From positions 10,072-74,071 of the forward strand of contig JAAYSO010000105.1 in the NCBI GenBank assembly GCA_012523945.1: 64,000 nucleotides of DNA, read 5' to 3'. Source of the stretch: Bacillota bacterium (lineage in GTDB: Bacteria; Bacillota; Dethiobacteria; Dethiobacterales; Dethiobacteraceae). Both the position numbers and the translations under genes were made by a program. The first letter of the stretch is position 1, and each line of letters opens with the position of its first letter. The notes beneath the pieces are model-generated. The model saw nothing but the letters and a program-made list of their open reading frames with translations, ran no database searches and was not told the DNA's origin. This document shows positions 62,319-64,000 of the stretch, one piece after another.

Positions 62319-64000
62319 TTACTTATTGTTCTTGTCCAAAGCTTGTTTTACCCGTTTTATATTTTCTTCAGACAGAACATCAAGCAAATTATTTTGCGGT
62401 GCCACCATGTTATCCCGGTATGCCTGCATGATCTTTTCACTGGCAGTTGTAATTTCTTCCTTCAGTTTAGCGGCGGACATGACAGCATTACCTGCGCCTC
62501 TGATAATTATTTGCTGCAGGTTGTCCGAAGTGGCAACAATGATTTTATATTTTTTCCGGTGCTTATGGGAGAATTTTTCTATGAACTGGTCAGCCGTCTG
62601 TGCTTCCCTGGTAAAAACCACAAGCACATTATCATAAGTAAAAATTTCTTCCCGGTGGCGCTGAACCCGGTAAGCATCAAAAACAACCATAAGTTTGCAT
62701 TGGCGAATACTCTGGTATTTATTTAGACAATCAAGCAACTTTAATCTGGCGGCATCAAGACTGTCCTCAGCCAAAGCTTTTAGTTCAGGCCAGGCAAAAA
62801 TAATATTATAGCCGTCCACCAGCAGATATTCCTCTTTGGGCTGAACTTGCAGTTTTGCTTTTATAATATTATCGCTATCTTCCGGTTTTAAACGGTATTG
62901 CTTTAAAGCTTTTTCTTTATGCCTGAACACTTTTGCTTTTTTATTAGCATAAAAAGTTTTATCAAAGATTTTTTTTATTTCCTCCGGATCAATCCAGTTT
63001 CTTTCTTCCTCATTAGTTTTAGGTTTCTTGTTTTTTTGCGGCTTTGCTTTTTGAAAAATACTGGGCACATGCATATAATTTTTAACCTGGTCCCATTTGA
63101 CCGTAAATGTTTCACCGTTTTGATAAAAAACTGAACTTGCAGGGTTTTCCGCATCACTTTCTGCCTCATACCCTATCATGACCAACACTTCGTCTGGATT
63201 GTGGCAAAGTTCGTAGCCTGCCGGACTGTAAAAAAGCCTGCCGTGGCCTTCACTGTAATTTCTCACTTCTGCCTGATATTTGCGTAAATTGACAACAGGT
63301 GCCTTACCAACCAGTACTGCCAGCTCCCCCTCCAGATGCGAAACCTGGCAGGTACCGTGCATTCTCTCAATATCTGTCATGGCTCGTCCAATTAAACTTT
63401 GCGGCAGTTCCAACTCAAAGGAATAGTATGGTTCCAATAATACAGACTTTGCTTCCATTAAACCCTGGCGCAGGGCACGGGAGGCAGCCTCTTTTAAGGC
63501 GGTGCCGTCAGTATATTTGTTGTGACCGCGGCCTGCCGCTAAAGTAATTTTCAGATCGGTAACAGGAGCACCGGCCAGCACTCCTTTAGGCACATTTTGC
63601 TGCAGGCATTTTAAAACTATATTTTTCCAGTCTTGTGCCAGCATCTCCTCACTGCAGGCATCAGCAAACAAAAGACCGCTTCCCGGCTCTGCCGGCTCCA
63701 GTAAAAGATGGATTTCTGCATATTGACTAGCCGTGGCAAAATGGCCTACTCCCTCAACCGGACCGGTAATGGTTTCCTTATAAACAATTTTGCCGAAATC
63801 AAAGGACACATCCAAGTCAAGGCGGTCTTTAAGCAAACTCTGTAAGATTTCCACCTGCATTTCTCCCATCACTTGCACCCTGATTTCCTCTGCCTGTTCG
63901 TCCCAGGTAATTTGCAGTTGCGGATCTTCTTCTTCCAGTTGACGCACTTTGGGCAGTATGGCCCTGGGGCTGTGGCCTGCCGGCGGCAGTAATTGATAAG
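62319..64000 (-). CDS. EF-G/TetM-like translational GTPase (domains III-V visible) fused to a C-terminal Rae1/YacP-type NYN ribonuclease domain; 5' end beyond the window
   Basis: The frame stays open upstream of the ORF-track GTG to position 64000 (...YQLLPPAGHSPRAILPK-VRQLEEEDPQL). EF-G/TetM-like part includes LLEPYYSFELELPQ...GHGRLFYSPAGYE. A Lys-rich linker follows. NYN motifs are LLVDGYNIIFAWPELK, VVFDAY, VVFTREAQTADQFIEK, VATSDNLQQ. Confidence 0.8.
   Translation of the reverse strand, partial: YQLLPPAGHSPRAILPKVRQLEEEDPQLQITWDEQAEEIRVQVMGEMQVEILQSLLKDRLDLDVSFDFGKIVYKETITGPVEGVGHFATASQYAEIHLLLEPAEPGSGLLFADACSEEMLAQDWKNIVLKCLQQNVPKGVLAGAPVTDLKITLAAGRGHNKYTDGTALKEAASRALRQGLMEAKSVLLEPYYSFELELPQSLIGRAMTDIERMHGTCQVSHLEGELAVLVGKAPVVNLRKYQAEVRNYSEGHGRLFYSPAGYELCHNPDEVLVMIGYEAESDAENPASSVFYQNGETFTVKWDQVKNYMHVPSIFQKAKPQKNKKPKTNEEERNWIDPEEIKKIFDKTFYANKKAKVFRHKEKALKQYRLKPEDSDNIIKAKLQVQPKEEYLLVDGYNIIFAWPELKALAEDSLDAARLKLLDCLNKYQSIRQCKLMVVFDAYRVQRHREEIFTYDNVLVVFTREAQTADQFIEKFSHKHRKKYKIIVATSDNLQQIIIRGAGNAVMSAAKLKEEITTASEKIMQAYRDNMVAPQNNLLDVLSEENIKRVKQALDKNNK

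Noticed and set aside
1-64000. CRISPR arrays, rRNA/tRNA genes, transposases, integrases, phage genes, toxin-antitoxin pairs
   Set aside because: I saw no regularly spaced direct repeats, no cloverleaf-like sequences in intergenic gaps, and no ORF with recombinase, transposase or phage hallmarks. The absence is based on visual inspection only, not on a computational scan.

Overview
This window reads as a chromosomal segment of an anaerobic, probably spore-forming Bacillota (Firmicutes, Clostridia-like) organism. That assignment is an inference from consistent GGAGG-type RBSs, two T-box leaders, a GerM-type lipoprotein, SLH domains and glycyl radical enzymes. I can support about 48 protein genes. 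I found no rRNA, tRNA, CRISPR array or transposase/integrase.

Gene content:
- Three paralogous PFL2-type glycyl radical enzymes (GREs). One is partial at the left edge, divergent from the only GRE activase. The other two sit in tandem at 55-60 kb, next to an internally duplicated MoaF-like protein.
- A heterodimeric ABC multidrug-type exporter with a candidate leader-peptide attenuator.
- A LiaS/DesK-type two-component system (TCS) next to an ABC-2 transporter, and an OmpR-type TCS.
- ftsEX preceded by a coiled-coil protein.
- xdhC, queG and an orphan molybdenum-hydroxylase large subunit.
- A T-box-controlled Leptospira-type citramalate synthase.
- gshF downstream of an amino-acid ABC importer.
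- A MoxR/DUF58/transglutaminase triad plus a 936-aa secreted protein.
- Citrate synthase, selO, and an ECF sigma cassette with three small ORFs.
- An enoate-reductase-like flavoenzyme, apt, and a ComEC-like MBL hydrolase with DUF3006.
- T-box-controlled tyrS.
- At the right edge, a partial gene that fuses EF-G/TetM-like ribosomal GTPase domains to a Rae1/YacP NYN endoribonuclease domain.

The most interesting candidates are the EF-G/TetM::Rae1 fusion and the tandem GRE plus double-MoaF cluster.

All calls come from reading the sequence and the ORF translations. No database search was run. Product names are motif- and family-level recognitions, and all regulatory sites are consensus-based predictions.
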